This document shows, one piece after another, positions 28,172 through 38,222 of a stretch of DNA of 64,000 nt. This DNA comes from Parcubacteria bacterium C7867-006 (lineage in GTDB: Bacteria; Patescibacteriota; Minisyncoccia; Phycocordibacterales; DATDWN01). Under the pieces are notes generated by a model. That model was not told the origin of the DNA and made no database searches. It saw nothing but the letters and a program-made list of their open reading frames with translations. The translations under genes were made by a program, and so were the position numbers. Position 1 is the first letter of the stretch; each line of letters opens with the position of its first letter. The DNA lies in contig LFCP01000001.1 in NCBI GenBank assembly GCA_001189155.1, positions 23,160-87,159 on the forward strand. The letters run 5' to 3'.

Positions 28172-29389
28172 ATGCCAATATTTAAATACAAAATTTTAAC
28201 TCCAGCTGGAAGTTCGAAAGAGGGGACAGTGGATGCAAAGGATAAATTCTCTCTTTATCACTCCATAAAACAGGATGGAAGTACTGTTATATATGCAGAG
28301 GAAGTTAAAAAGGGGGGATTATCTCTCAACAATATTAAACTTCCTTTTTTGGGTGGAGTGAAAATGCACGAGAAAATTGTTTTTGCAAAAAATATGTCAA
28401 AAATGATTGATGCAGGTCTTCCCATGACAAGAGCTCTGACTATCATGGAAAAAGAATCTAAAGGAGATTTGAAAAGTATTTTGAATAATCTTAATGATTC
28501 TCTGTCCAAAGGAAACACTTTAAGTGATGCTATGAAAAACTATCCAGATGTGTTTTCTACTTTATTTGTTTCTATGGTTAGGGCTGGAGAAGAATCAGGT
28601 AATCTTTCTTTAGCTTTGCAAAATGTTAGTTTACAGATGGAAAAATCCTATCAGTTGAATAAGAAAATTAGAGGAGCTTTGATGTATCCAACAATCATTT
28701 TGATTTTAATGGTTGCTATCGGTATTTTGATGATGATTTATATGGTTCCAACTCTTACTTCGACATTTACCGGACTTGGATTAAAACTTCCTCTTTCAAC
28801 AAGGCTTATAATTGGAACTAGTAATTTTTTGGTTTCTTACTTTTTGTTTGTTTTAGCTGGACTTATTGTTTTAATTGCTGGTTTGGTTTTTGCTTTTAGA
28901 ACAGCTAGAGGGCAAAGATTTCTTGATTATTTTATTTTGCACGTTCCGGTTATAAAAGAAATGGTTAAGCAGATTAACTCCGCTAGAACTACTAGAACAT
29001 TATCATCTCTTGTGACTTCTGGAGTAGATATCGTTGTAGCTATAGATGTTACAAAGGATGTTTTACAGAACTCTTATTACAAAGAAGTTCTGGATGAAAT
29101 AAAAGTTGTTATTCAAAAAGGAGGTTCAGTTTCATCAGTTTTCTCATCTCACTCAAATCTTTATCCAACATTCGTTTCAGAGATGGCTTCTGTTGGAGAG
29201 GAAACTGGAAAAATTGGCGATATGCTTTTGAGTGCCGCTATGTTTTATGAAGAGGAGATAGACCAAAAGACAAAAGATCTATCTTCTGTTATAGAACCAT
29301 TCCTAATGATATTTATAGGTTTGGCTGTTGGATTTTTTGCTATTTCAATAATAAGTCCTATTTATTCTATAGGAGACAGTATTCAATAA
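28172..29389 (+). CDS. pilC: Type IV pilus platform protein PilC/GspF
   Basis: SMVRAGEESGNL, GALMYP, VGEETG, IEPFL. Confidence 0.93.
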   Translation: MPIFKYKILTPAGSSKEGTVDAKDKFSLYHSIKQDGSTVIYAEEVKKGGLSLNNIKLPFLGGVKMHEKIVFAKNMSKMIDAGLPMTRALTIMEKESKGDLKSILNNLNDSLSKGNTLSDAMKNYPDVFSTLFVSMVRAGEESGNLSLALQNVSLQMEKSYQLNKKIRGALMYPTIILILMVAIGILMMIYMVPTLTSTFTGLGLKLPLSTRLIIGTSNFLVSYFLFVLAGLIVLIAGLVFAFRTARGQRFLDYFILHVPVIKEMVKQINSARTTRTLSSLVTSGVDIVVAIDVTKDVLQNSYYKEVLDEIKVVIQKGGSVSSVFSSHSNLYPTFVSEMASVGEETGKIGDMLLSAAMFYEEEIDQKTKDLSSVIEPFLMIFIGLAVGFFAISIISPIYSIGDSIQ

Positions 29390-29391
29390 TT

Positions 29392-29856
29392 ATGAATATA
29401 AAATACAAATTAGGTATTACTCTGGCAGAACTATTGGTAGTTCTGGGAATAATGTCTTTGCTCGTCACTATATTTATGGGAACTTTTATAAGTTTTAGAA
29501 GAAATCAGGCTTTAGTTATGGATACAGATACTGTAGTTAGTTTACTCAGACAAGCCAGAAACCAAACTTTGTCGTCAAAAAACTCTATGTCGTATGGCGT
29601 TCATTTTACTGCTCCGAAAGTCACAATTTTTACTGGACCAACATATGATGCAAACGCGGTAGATAATCAAGATTTTGTTTTAAGTTCCACCGATACTGTT
29701 CTGGCGATTAGTTTAAATGGTGGTGGAAGTGATGTCGTTTTTAATCGTTTGACCGGTGAGACTTCACAAGATGGGACAGTCGTCATATCTTCTACTGGAA
29801 TATCACAAACAAAAACTGTTACAATATATAAAACAGGATTGGTTCAGTCTCAATAA
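29392..29856 (+). CDS. Type IV pilin-like protein
   Basis: Class III signal G-ITLAELLVV. Confidence 0.85.
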   Translation: MNIKYKLGITLAELLVVLGIMSLLVTIFMGTFISFRRNQALVMDTDTVVSLLRQARNQTLSSKNSMSYGVHFTAPKVTIFTGPTYDANAVDNQDFVLSSTDTVLAISLNGGGSDVVFNRLTGETSQDGTVVISSTGISQTKTVTIYKTGLVQSQ

Positions 29857-29861
29857 TAAAT

Positions 29862-30332
29862 ATGAAAAAAACAAAAGGCATGGCCTTGGTTGAAATCATA
29901 ATAGGTTCAGCAATCATCTCAGTAGGAATACTGGCAGCTATAACTTCTTATAATACTTATATAAATTACGCCCTAGCGAATAATAAAAACATTCAAGCTT
30001 CATATATCTTGGAAGAGGGCTTGGAGGTTATGACTTTTTTTAGAGATGTGTCTTGGACAAATATATCGGGTTTAAGTACAACAACTACTTATCATTTAGT
30101 TTTCAATGGTGTTTCTTGGGCTACCACGACAACACCAGAGTATGTTGACGGAGAATTTTTAAGAAGTATTACTGTTTCAGATGTGAAAAGGAATGGTAGC
30201 GACCAGATAGATATTTCTGGGGTTTACGATCCAAATATTAAAATGATTACTACTACAGTTGATTATTCACAAGGTCACACAACAACAACAAAGTCTATTT
30301 CAACTTATATAACAAATATAAATGCAAATTAA
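29862..30332 (+). CDS. Minor pilin (PilV-like)
   Basis: KG-MALVEIII prepilin motif. Confidence 0.8.
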   Translation: MKKTKGMALVEIIIGSAIISVGILAAITSYNTYINYALANNKNIQASYILEEGLEVMTFFRDVSWTNISGLSTTTTYHLVFNGVSWATTTTPEYVDGEFLRSITVSDVKRNGSDQIDISGVYDPNIKMITTTVDYSQGHTTTTKSISTYITNINAN

Positions 30333-30834
30333 AAATAAAAAATCTGGTTATACATTGGTAGAGATGGTCATTTATGTGGCTGTAATGTCTATTGTATTTT
30401 TACTTATAGTAAATACAGTTTTATCTTTCACTAAATCTTATAAAGGTATTTACGTTTTAAGAATTGTAGATGGCTCTGCGGTAGATGCGATGGAAAGAAT
30501 GACTCGAGAAATAAGGGGAGCTACTAGTGTAGATACTGTGAACAGTACATTTGGCTCTAATCCTGGAGTTCTAACTTTAGTTTCTGTATCGAGCAGTAAC
30601 TCCACAACAACTAAGTTTTATTTAGATAATGGAGTTTTAAAGGTTGATATTAATGGAGTTTATTCCGGTCCTTTAAGTGGGGTTGGGGTTAGTGTTGATA
30701 GTCTAATCTTTACAAAACTCGATAGTGGTATATCGACAGCTATAAAAATAGATATGATTGTTCGTGGTACAGCTGGACAGACAACTAGGACAAAAAATTA
30801 TCATACAACCATATTATTAAAAATATTTAATTAA
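30322..30834 (+). CDS. Minor pilin (PilW-like)
   Basis: SG-YTLVEMVIY prepilin motif. Confidence 0.82.
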   Translation: MQIKNKKSGYTLVEMVIYVAVMSIVFLLIVNTVLSFTKSYKGIYVLRIVDGSAVDAMERMTREIRGATSVDTVNSTFGSNPGVLTLVSVSSSNSTTTKFYLDNGVLKVDINGVYSGPLSGVGVSVDSLIFTKLDSGISTAIKIDMIVRGTAGQTTRTKNYHTTILLKIFN

Positions 30835-30838
30835 AAAT

Positions 30839-32122
30839 ATGACTAACAATAAAATTAGAACTGATGGTGGCGCTGCTATGCTTATCGCAGTTATATTTTT
30901 TCTATTTGCAACGATGACTATTATTTTGGGAGTAGCGAGTCCGGTACTAAAACAGGCTGCTGTTTCAAAAAATATAATTACCTCTAAAGGGAGTTATTAT
31001 TCTGCAGAGTCTTCTGTTGAAGATATTTTATATAGGTTAAAAAATGGAAAACAAGTTTCTGCTACAGAGTCTCTGTCTTTAAATGGGGGAACAGTAATTA
31101 CTGATGTAACAGATACTGGAAATGGAAAGAAACTGGTTTCTAATGGTGTAATCTCAAGTTTGAACAGAAAAGTACAAACGATTGTATCTTTCGGTACCGG
31201 AGTAGCATTCTTTTACGGTGTACAAGCTGGACAAGGAGGATTCGATCTTCAAAATAGTTCTTCTATTGTTGGTAATGTATATTCTGGCGGTCCAATAACT
31301 GGTAGTGGGAATATTATCTACGGAGATGTAGTTTCATCTGGCCCAAGTGGTATTATAGATGGCATTCATGCAACAGGCACTGCTTATTCTCACACAATAC
31401 AAAATTCAACCATAGATAAAGATGCTCACTATGTAACAAAAACTAGTACTACTGTCGGGGGAGTCTCCTATCCTAATAGTCCAGATTTGCCAGATGCACC
31501 ACTTCCTATTTCAGACGCTCAGATTTCAACATGGGAATCTGATGCTACTACTGGCGGAACCGCAACCTGTTCTGGTGGCACATATACAATAAGTTCAAGT
31601 AGATCAATTGGACCAATTAAAATTCCTTGTGATTTGTCTATTAGCGGAAACACAACTTTGACTTTAAATGGAGCTGTTTGGGTTACAGGCAATATAACTG
31701 TACAAAACAGTGTCATAATAAAAGTTTCTCCAAGTTTTGGTAATAAAAGTGTTATGATGATTGCTGACAATCCATCGAACAGAAGCTCAAGTAGTAAGAT
31801 TTCTCTACAAAACAGCAGTTCATTCCAGAATTCCGGCACAGCTGGCTCTTTCGTGTTAATGATAGCTATGAATAATAGTGGTGAAAACGGTGGAGGAACA
31901 GCTGCTATTGAAAACGCAAATAGTGCCGGAGGAGCTGTTGTTTTATATGCACCACACGGACTAATCACTCTTCAAAATAGCATTAATGTGAAAGAAGTTA
32001 CAGCTTATAGAATAACCCTACAAAACTCTGCACAAGTTAAGTACGATACGGGTTTACCAAGCTCACTTTTTGATAGTGGTCCTGGGGGAGGATACACTAT
32101 AACTGACTGGAGAGAGATTTAA
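30839..32122 (+). CDS. PilX-like pilin with beta-helix-like C-terminal domain
   Basis: GG-AAMLIAVIFF without E5, repeated LQNS motifs, ends W-x-E. Confidence 0.75.
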   Translation: MTNNKIRTDGGAAMLIAVIFFLFATMTIILGVASPVLKQAAVSKNIITSKGSYYSAESSVEDILYRLKNGKQVSATESLSLNGGTVITDVTDTGNGKKLVSNGVISSLNRKVQTIVSFGTGVAFFYGVQAGQGGFDLQNSSSIVGNVYSGGPITGSGNIIYGDVVSSGPSGIIDGIHATGTAYSHTIQNSTIDKDAHYVTKTSTTVGGVSYPNSPDLPDAPLPISDAQISTWESDATTGGTATCSGGTYTISSSRSIGPIKIPCDLSISGNTTLTLNGAVWVTGNITVQNSVIIKVSPSFGNKSVMMIADNPSNRSSSSKISLQNSSSFQNSGTAGSFVLMIAMNNSGENGGGTAAIENANSAGGAVVLYAPHGLITLQNSINVKEVTAYRITLQNSAQVKYDTGLPSSLFDSGPGGGYTITDWREI

Positions 32123-32165
32123 TAAAACTTTCCTTTTATCCGTCTAAATCTGATATAATCGGGTT

Positions 32166-32924
32166 ATGAAAAAAGTAAAGAAACTTGTTGTTGGGAACTG
32201 GAAGATGAACCCGGTTAGTCTAGAGGAGGCCAGAAAAATTGTTGGTACGGTTAAAAGAAATATGAAAAATATAAAGAGGACAGAGGTTGTTTTTTGTCCT
32301 CCATTTGTATATCTATCTCCATTATCAAAAGCAATGAAGGGCAGTTTGTCTTTAGGAGCACAGGATGCTAACAGTGAAACTGCAGGACCTTTTACAGGTG
32401 AGGTGGGGCATCTCCAGTTGCCACAGTTTGGTGTTAAGTATGTAATCGTCGGTCACTCAGAGAGAAGAAACATGGGGGAGACTGATGAAATTGTAAACAA
32501 AAAAGTTCAATCTGTTACTTCTTTAGGTATGACCGCTATAGTTTGTGTTGGGGAGTCTTCAAGGGACGCAAATGGAGAGTATTTGGATTTTGTAAAACAA
32601 CAAATATTGAAAGCTTTAAAAGATGTTCCTAAAAAATCTTTTGAAAATATTGTTATTGCATATGAGCCAATATGGGCAATTGGAGCAAAGCAAGCAATGA
32701 CATCATTGGATCTGCACGAAATGTCTATTTTTATAAAAAAAGTTTTGAAAGATAGTTACAGTATTGCCTCTGATGGAGTTAGAATTATCTATGGCGGTTC
32801 TGTTGATAGAGTAAATGCTAGTTCTTTAGTGAAAGAGGGTAATGTTTCAGGTCTTTTGGTTGGACGACAAAGTTTGGAATCAAAAGATTTTGTTGAGATT
32901 ATTAATTTAGTTGATGCACAGTAA
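32166..32924 (+). CDS. tpiA: Triosephosphate isomerase
   Basis: GNWKMN, GHSERR, AYEPIWAIG, YGGSV. Confidence 0.95.
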   Translation: MKKVKKLVVGNWKMNPVSLEEARKIVGTVKRNMKNIKRTEVVFCPPFVYLSPLSKAMKGSLSLGAQDANSETAGPFTGEVGHLQLPQFGVKYVIVGHSERRNMGETDEIVNKKVQSVTSLGMTAIVCVGESSRDANGEYLDFVKQQILKALKDVPKKSFENIVIAYEPIWAIGAKQAMTSLDLHEMSIFIKKVLKDSYSIASDGVRIIYGGSVDRVNASSLVKEGNVSGLLVGRQSLESKDFVEIINLVDAQ

Positions 32925-32934
32925 ATAATTCTTT

Positions 32935-34074
32935 ATGAAATACATTGATGAATTAAAGGGTGACGATCTGAAAGGTAAGTATGTTTTACTTAGACTTGAT
33001 TTGAATGTTCCTGTGTCTAACGGACAAGTTGTTAATGCATATAGAATAGACAGAGCAATTCCAACTATAGATTATTTGAGAGAGCATGGGGCCAAAGTGA
33101 TTATAATCGCTCATACTGAAAGCGATGCAAATATGACTCTTGTTCCGGTTGCGCAGTATTTAAGTGGTTTTTTTAAAATTGATTTTTGTCAGACCTACTT
33201 TAATCCAATAGCTATAGATAAAATATCAAAACTAGAAGATAGAGGTGTTTTGCTTTTTGAAAATCTCAGAATAAATCCAGAAGAAAAAGAAAACAATATA
33301 GAATTTGCAAAAAAATTAGCTCAAATGGCAGATATCTACGTTGATGATGCTTTTGGTGCAATGCACAGAAAGCACGCTTCCATTATAGGAGTCCCGGAGT
33401 TTCTTCCTCATTATGGTGGTTTGCTTTTGAAACAGGAGATTGAAAATCTATCAAAAGTTTTTTCTCCAAAGAAACCATTTCTATTTATTGTTGGTGGAGT
33501 GAAGTTCAGCACAAAACTACCTTTAATTAAAAAATATTTAGATAAGGCCGATTATGTTTTTATTGTTGGAGCTTTAGCTAACGGGATTTTTAAGGAGAAG
33601 GGTTTCACTTTGGGAACATCGCTATCTATTGATGGAGATTTTGGCATTAAAGAATTAATGAATAAGGATAATTTTTTGTATCCTATTGATGTAACAGTTC
33701 AAAAATCAGATGGATCTTTTGAATTCAGAAATCCAGATGAAATAGGTAACGACGAATATATCGGAGATCTTGGTCCAAAAACTATGGAAAAATTAAAGGA
33801 ATTGATTGGTATTTCAAAAACTGTCGTTTGGAATGGACCTTTGGGTGATTTTGAAAAAGGTTTCAAGGATAAGACAGAACAATTAGCAGAGGTTATTATG
33901 AAAGCTACAGAAGAAGGAAAGATAGAGAGTATTGTTGGTGGAGGTGATACTTTGGCTTCAATAAATATAAATGAGTTTGAGCATGGGTTTACTTTTGTCT
34001 CTACTGGTGGTGGAGCAATGCTTGATTATCTTGTCAACGAAACACTACCCGGCATAGAAGCATTAAATAAATAA
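32935..34074 (+). CDS. pgk: Phosphoglycerate kinase
   Basis: RLDLNVP, DAFGAMHRKHAS, WNGPLG, GGGDT, STGGGA. Confidence 0.95.
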   Translation: MKYIDELKGDDLKGKYVLLRLDLNVPVSNGQVVNAYRIDRAIPTIDYLREHGAKVIIIAHTESDANMTLVPVAQYLSGFFKIDFCQTYFNPIAIDKISKLEDRGVLLFENLRINPEEKENNIEFAKKLAQMADIYVDDAFGAMHRKHASIIGVPEFLPHYGGLLLKQEIENLSKVFSPKKPFLFIVGGVKFSTKLPLIKKYLDKADYVFIVGALANGIFKEKGFTLGTSLSIDGDFGIKELMNKDNFLYPIDVTVQKSDGSFEFRNPDEIGNDEYIGDLGPKTMEKLKELIGISKTVVWNGPLGDFEKGFKDKTEQLAEVIMKATEEGKIESIVGGGDTLASININEFEHGFTFVSTGGGAMLDYLVNETLPGIEALNK

Positions 34075-34102
34075 AATAAAACCGCCAATTGGCGGTTTTA
34101 TT

Positions 34103-34462
34103 TTATATAAACTCTTTTATCTTTTTTAAATTCTCTTCAAAATCTTTTGGATTGCCGGAGACTTCTTTGTTTGGAAACACCCATATATGAGCGTGGGGGA
34201 CTTCGTCTCCTATTATTCTAGATAATATAAAATCAGTATTAAAAGCTGATCGGAGAGCTAGAGCCACTTTTTTTGCTACTTCAAAATACTCTCCAGTGTT
34301 ATCAGTGTCCCAAACCCATCGAACGTGCTTCTTTGGGATTATTTGAGTATGTCCAGGGGATTGGGGGTTGATGTCTAGAAAAGCTAGATAATTATCATCC
34401 TCATATACTTTATATGAGGGTATTTCTCCAGCTACTATTTTGCAAAATATACAGTTTTCCAT
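34103..34462 (-). CDS. HIT family protein
   Basis: CIFCKI, GHTQIIPKKH, VPHAHIW. Confidence 0.9.
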   Translation of the reverse strand: MENCIFCKIVAGEIPSYKVYEDDNYLAFLDINPQSPGHTQIIPKKHVRWVWDTDNTGEYFEVAKKVALALRSAFNTDFILSRIIGDEVPHAHIWVFPNKEVSGNPKDFEENLKKIKEFI

Positions 34463-34476
34463 GGACTTCATTATAT

Positions 34477-34629
34477 CAAATGATGAGGTTTTTGTTTTTC
34501 CAGACCGCTCACTCCGCCAGCGCTTTGTTCGCTTAGTCCTCGGTTGAAATCTGTCAATGAGCCTTGCGGACGTTGACAGAACCAGCTTTCAACCTGCAGG
34601 GTCTTTCAAAACAAAAACCTCATCATTTG
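34477..34629. repeat. Palindromic intergenic element with 22-bp terminal IR
   Basis: CAAATGATGAGGTTTTTGTTTT / AAAACAAAAACCTCATCATTTG flanking GC-rich core. Confidence 0.75.
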
Positions 34630-34648
34630 GTTGTGGTAAACTGTTTCT

Positions 34649-36391
34649 ATGTCAAAAAAGTACGCCTTGCGGGAGCCTATTCCAGAAAAGATAGATAAAT
34701 TATTTGAAGCTTATTCTCCTTTAGTCAGGTCACTTCTATACTCTAGAGGGATAGAAGATTTAGAGAATGCAGAAAGTTTTCTGAATCCAAAATACGAAAG
34801 TCTGCATAATCCTTTTCTTTTGAAAAACATGGATAAAGCGACGGAAAGAATTTTGAAAGCAATAAAAGAAAATGAAAAAATTGCCATATTCAGTGACTAT
34901 GATGCAGACGGTATTCCTGGGGGAGTAACGCTGCACGACTTTTTCAAAAAAATAGGTTACAACAATTTTATAAACTACATACCTCTCCGAAATGAAGAAG
35001 GGTTTGGACTAAACCATACAGCTATAGATAACATTGCATCACAAGATGTAAAATTGGTTATCACAATAGACTGTGGTATCACAGATGTTGAACAAGTAGA
35101 GACTGCGAACAAACATGGAATGGATGTGATCATCACCGATCACCACATTCCTGGAAAGAAACTTCCAAAAGCTTTTGCAATAATTAATCCAAAACAAAAT
35201 GGATGTGATTATCCAGAGAAAATGTTGCGTGGATCTGGAGTTGTTTTCAAAGTTATTCAGGCACTAATAATAAAAGGAAAAGAGGAAAAAGTTTTTGATT
35301 GGAAAGATGGGCAAGAGAAATGGTTTTTGGATATGGTTGGGCTTGCTACGCTTTCTGACATGGTGCCACTTTTAGGAGAGAATAGAATACTTTCATATTT
35401 TGGAATGAAAGTTTTACAGAGGACCCCGCGAGTTGGGCTTTTGAAACTATTATCCTTACTCAAGATAAACCAGGTAACACTTACAGAGGATGATATTGGT
35501 TTTATGGTTACTCCTCGTATAAATGCAGCCTCACGAATGGGTATACCACTTGATGCATTTAAACTTTTGTCTACAACAGACGAGGTTGAGGCGGGAATGC
35601 TGGCAGAACATTTGAATAATAAAAATGACGAGAGAAAAGGTGTGGTGGGGAGTATGATAAAGGAGGTTAAAAAAAGAATTGAAAATAGTGATACTGAGAT
35701 GAAGCATGTGCTCGTGTTTGGAAATCCAGAATGGAAACCGTCATTACTTGGTTTGGTTGCAAACAGTTTTGGTGATGAGCACAATCGACCAGTTTTCTTT
35801 TGGGGTAGGAATGGAGAGACAGAAGGTGATGGGATAATAAAAGGATCTTGTAGAGCTGGCGGAGATACAGATATAGTAAAACTAATGGAGAAAGCCAGTA
35901 CAATTTCTCCGGATATTTTTGTCGACTATGGGGGACACAAGGGAGCTGGAGGGTTCTCTATTTTGCAGGACAATATTCATACACTCGAAGACAGATTGAA
36001 CAAGGCTTTTGTAGAACTCTTGAATGAGCACAAAATTATAGAAGACACTCTACTAGACAAAAAGCTTTCAATCGATGACGTTAATTGGAATACATACAGC
36101 TCTGTCGAAAAGTTTGCACCATTTGGATTGGATAATCCCAAGCCACTATTTCTATTTGAAAACATAACTGTTTCGGCAATGAAATTGTTTGGTAAAGAAA
36201 AAAATCATCTAGAATTAAAATTTAAAAATTCAAATAGTAAGGATGTTACTGCAATAGCATTTTTTCAAAATGGAGACAGATTCGCTGTTCCAGTAAAAGA
36301 AGGAAGCAGTATAAATCTTGTAGCCACTTTGGAAAAATCCACTTTCCGAAACTTCCCAGAACTCCGTCTCAGAATAGTGGATGTGTTTTAG
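34649..36391 (+). CDS. recJ: Single-stranded DNA exonuclease RecJ
   Basis: SDYDADG, ITIDCG, ITDHH, PRINAASR, YGGHKGAGG. Confidence 0.95.
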   Translation: MSKKYALREPIPEKIDKLFEAYSPLVRSLLYSRGIEDLENAESFLNPKYESLHNPFLLKNMDKATERILKAIKENEKIAIFSDYDADGIPGGVTLHDFFKKIGYNNFINYIPLRNEEGFGLNHTAIDNIASQDVKLVITIDCGITDVEQVETANKHGMDVIITDHHIPGKKLPKAFAIINPKQNGCDYPEKMLRGSGVVFKVIQALIIKGKEEKVFDWKDGQEKWFLDMVGLATLSDMVPLLGENRILSYFGMKVLQRTPRVGLLKLLSLLKINQVTLTEDDIGFMVTPRINAASRMGIPLDAFKLLSTTDEVEAGMLAEHLNNKNDERKGVVGSMIKEVKKRIENSDTEMKHVLVFGNPEWKPSLLGLVANSFGDEHNRPVFFWGRNGETEGDGIIKGSCRAGGDTDIVKLMEKASTISPDIFVDYGGHKGAGGFSILQDNIHTLEDRLNKAFVELLNEHKIIEDTLLDKKLSIDDVNWNTYSSVEKFAPFGLDNPKPLFLFENITVSAMKLFGKEKNHLELKFKNSNSKDVTAIAFFQNGDRFAVPVKEGSSINLVATLEKSTFRNFPELRLRIVDVF

Positions 36392-36460
36392 AAATTTGAC
36401 ATTAATAATATTTACTACATAATCAATTTCTGATCCCAATATTGGGGAAAGGAGGCCAGA

Positions 36461-36826
36461 TTGAAGGTTGTGTACACAGCGCAAATGCCATTCATGAGAG
36501 ATGGGCGTCCTGTTGGTGCGCGTTTCGAGACTGAGGATGACTTTATCCCTGATTTCGAAATGGAAATCAAGCCAACAGACGACGTAACTCTCTACGTTGA
36601 GAGTCGATCGTACAACCCGCATGACAAGTCGGTCTGCATCGAACTCACATTCCTCAACCCCTTCGATGAAGAAGACGAAGGCGCAACAGATCTCGATTCA
36701 CGAGAGCTGGCGCAGATCGAGATGGCACTCGAGCAGTTGATCGCGAATGGTTGGTTACCCATCAACGATGATGACCTCATTCGTTCTGATGGTGAGTTGC
36801 CGAAGCGCAGGGAGTCGACTCACTAA
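36461..36826 (+). CDS. Acidic hypothetical protein in GC-rich solo cassette C
   Basis: TTGACA-16-CATAAT, AGGAGG SD, TTG start, terminator GGTCGGCAC-TTCG-GTGCCGACC. Confidence 0.7.
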   Translation: MKVVYTAQMPFMRDGRPVGARFETEDDFIPDFEMEIKPTDDVTLYVESRSYNPHDKSVCIELTFLNPFDEEDEGATDLDSRELAQIEMALEQLIANGWLPINDDDLIRSDGELPKRRESTH

Positions 36827-36962
36827 CTCTTTCAACCTCCACCCATGAGTTCAACAAGGTCGGCACTTCGGTGCCGACCACTTTTATATAAAAATATATT
36901 CTGAAATAGTCGAAAGGCCCCGGTCAGATGACACGAGGCCTGTTCTCAGTTGACTTGAGCGT

Positions 36963-37340
36963 CTAGATACCCAAGTCGTAGCGTTCGGTTGATGGAAGAT
37001 ATTTTCTTCCCAGCCACCGAAAGATGTAGTCCACGATAGATGAGACTTCAGGGATTTCTGGGTCGTTAGTCCTCCCGTACGGCTCAAATTTCATGAAGGT
37101 GAACTTCTTCACGAACACTCGGAGCGGAACTCCTCTTTGCAAGGAAGCCGAAGTTCCCATTGCAATAGAGTTCAGAAGACCAGAGAGAGTTGAGCCCTCT
37201 TTGTTCATTCTGACAAAAATCTCACCGAGTGTACCGTCGTCATAGACGCCGGTAGTGATGATGATTTCGTGTTCTCCGTTGATCCACACTGTCCGTGTAA
37301 ACCCGGCCCTTTCTGGGGGTAGACGATTTCTTTCTGCCAT
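36963..37340 (-). CDS. Standalone class II ribonucleotide reductase C-terminal (TSCPD-like) domain, GC-rich solo cassette D
   Basis: RLP.ER.GFT, G.Y.DG.LGEIF, KEGSTLSGL, LQ.GVPL, FEP.G, SSIVDYIFRWL; GGAGG SD. Confidence 0.8.
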   Translation of the reverse strand: MAERNRLPPERAGFTRTVWINGEHEIIITTGVYDDGTLGEIFVRMNKEGSTLSGLLNSIAMGTSASLQRGVPLRVFVKKFTFMKFEPYGRTNDPEIPEVSSIVDYIFRWLGRKYLPSTERYDLGI

Positions 37341-37407
37341 AGCGCCTCCGGACTTGATACTACCATTGATTACAAATAAGAAAAGACTTTCTGATATAAT
37401 AAAAAAT

Positions 37408-38082
37408 ATGACAATTATATTTACTGACGGATCATCTAGAGGTAATCCTGGTCCAGGAGGGTGGGGGGCGATAGTCTTAACAGAGGATTCTGCTCATGAA
37501 CTTGGTGGTAGGGAGGATGAAACTACAAACAACAGAATGGAAATGATGGCAGTTATTTCTGCATTAGAGTTCGCAAAAAATGAAAATGATATAATTCTAT
37601 ATACTGACTCTGCATATGTACTGAACGGTGCCACTCGTTGGGTAAAAGGTTGGGAGAAAAATAATTGGAAAACTTCAACAAAGGAAGATGTTGTAAATCG
37701 TGATTTGTGGGAAAAAATAATTCCTTTAACTGTACACAAAAATATTGATTGGCAGTTGGTTAAAGGTCACAGCGGAACAGAAGGCAATGAGCGTTGTGAT
37801 GTTATAGCAACATCATTTGCAGATAATGCTCCAGTTGTTTTGTATAACGGATCACGTGAGAGATATGGTGTTGATGTAAAAATAAACCAACCGAATTCAA
37901 ATAAAAAATCTAAATCAAAGAGCAAAGCCTATTCATATGTGAGTATGGTAGATGGTGTAATTCAAACTCACAAAACTTGGGATGAGTGCAAAGCTCGTGT
38001 AAATGGTGTTGCTGGAGCAAGATATAAAAAATCTGTTTCACCTGCAGACGAAGAGGAGATTATAAAAGAATTTGCTAACTAG
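37408..38082 (+). CDS. rnhA: Ribonuclease HI with C-terminal hybrid-binding (viroplasmin-like) domain
   Basis: FTDGSSRGNPGPGGWG, TTNNRME, YTDSAY, VKGHSG..GNERCD; C-terminal TWDECKARVNG...RYKK. Confidence 0.92.
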   Translation: MTIIFTDGSSRGNPGPGGWGAIVLTEDSAHELGGREDETTNNRMEMMAVISALEFAKNENDIILYTDSAYVLNGATRWVKGWEKNNWKTSTKEDVVNRDLWEKIIPLTVHKNIDWQLVKGHSGTEGNERCDVIATSFADNAPVVLYNGSRERYGVDVKINQPNSNKKSKSKSKAYSYVSMVDGVIQTHKTWDECKARVNGVAGARYKKSVSPADEEEIIKEFAN

Positions 38083-38090
38083 TTATGACA

Positions 38091-38204
38091 CCTACTATAG
38101 TTAAAATTTTTTTGGAACATCGCGGAGTCCGTGAAGAGACGAGCGCGAAGAAAATTTTCAGCAGAAAATTATTCTGTTTCCAAAAAAGTTTTAAATATAG
38201 TAGG
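38091..38204. repeat. Palindromic intergenic element (family II, short copy)
   Basis: CCTACTATA..TTAAAA..TTTTTTGGAA / TTCCAAAAAA..TTTTAA..TATAGTAGG arms; core shared with 15219-15412. Confidence 0.7.
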
Positions 38205-38222
38205 CGATAAATTTTAAAATTT

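Noticed and set aside
35221-35240. RecJ LRGSGV instead of the usual LCGAGV
   Set aside because: Single-base difference (CGT vs TGT) outside the catalytic motifs; may be a variant or an error
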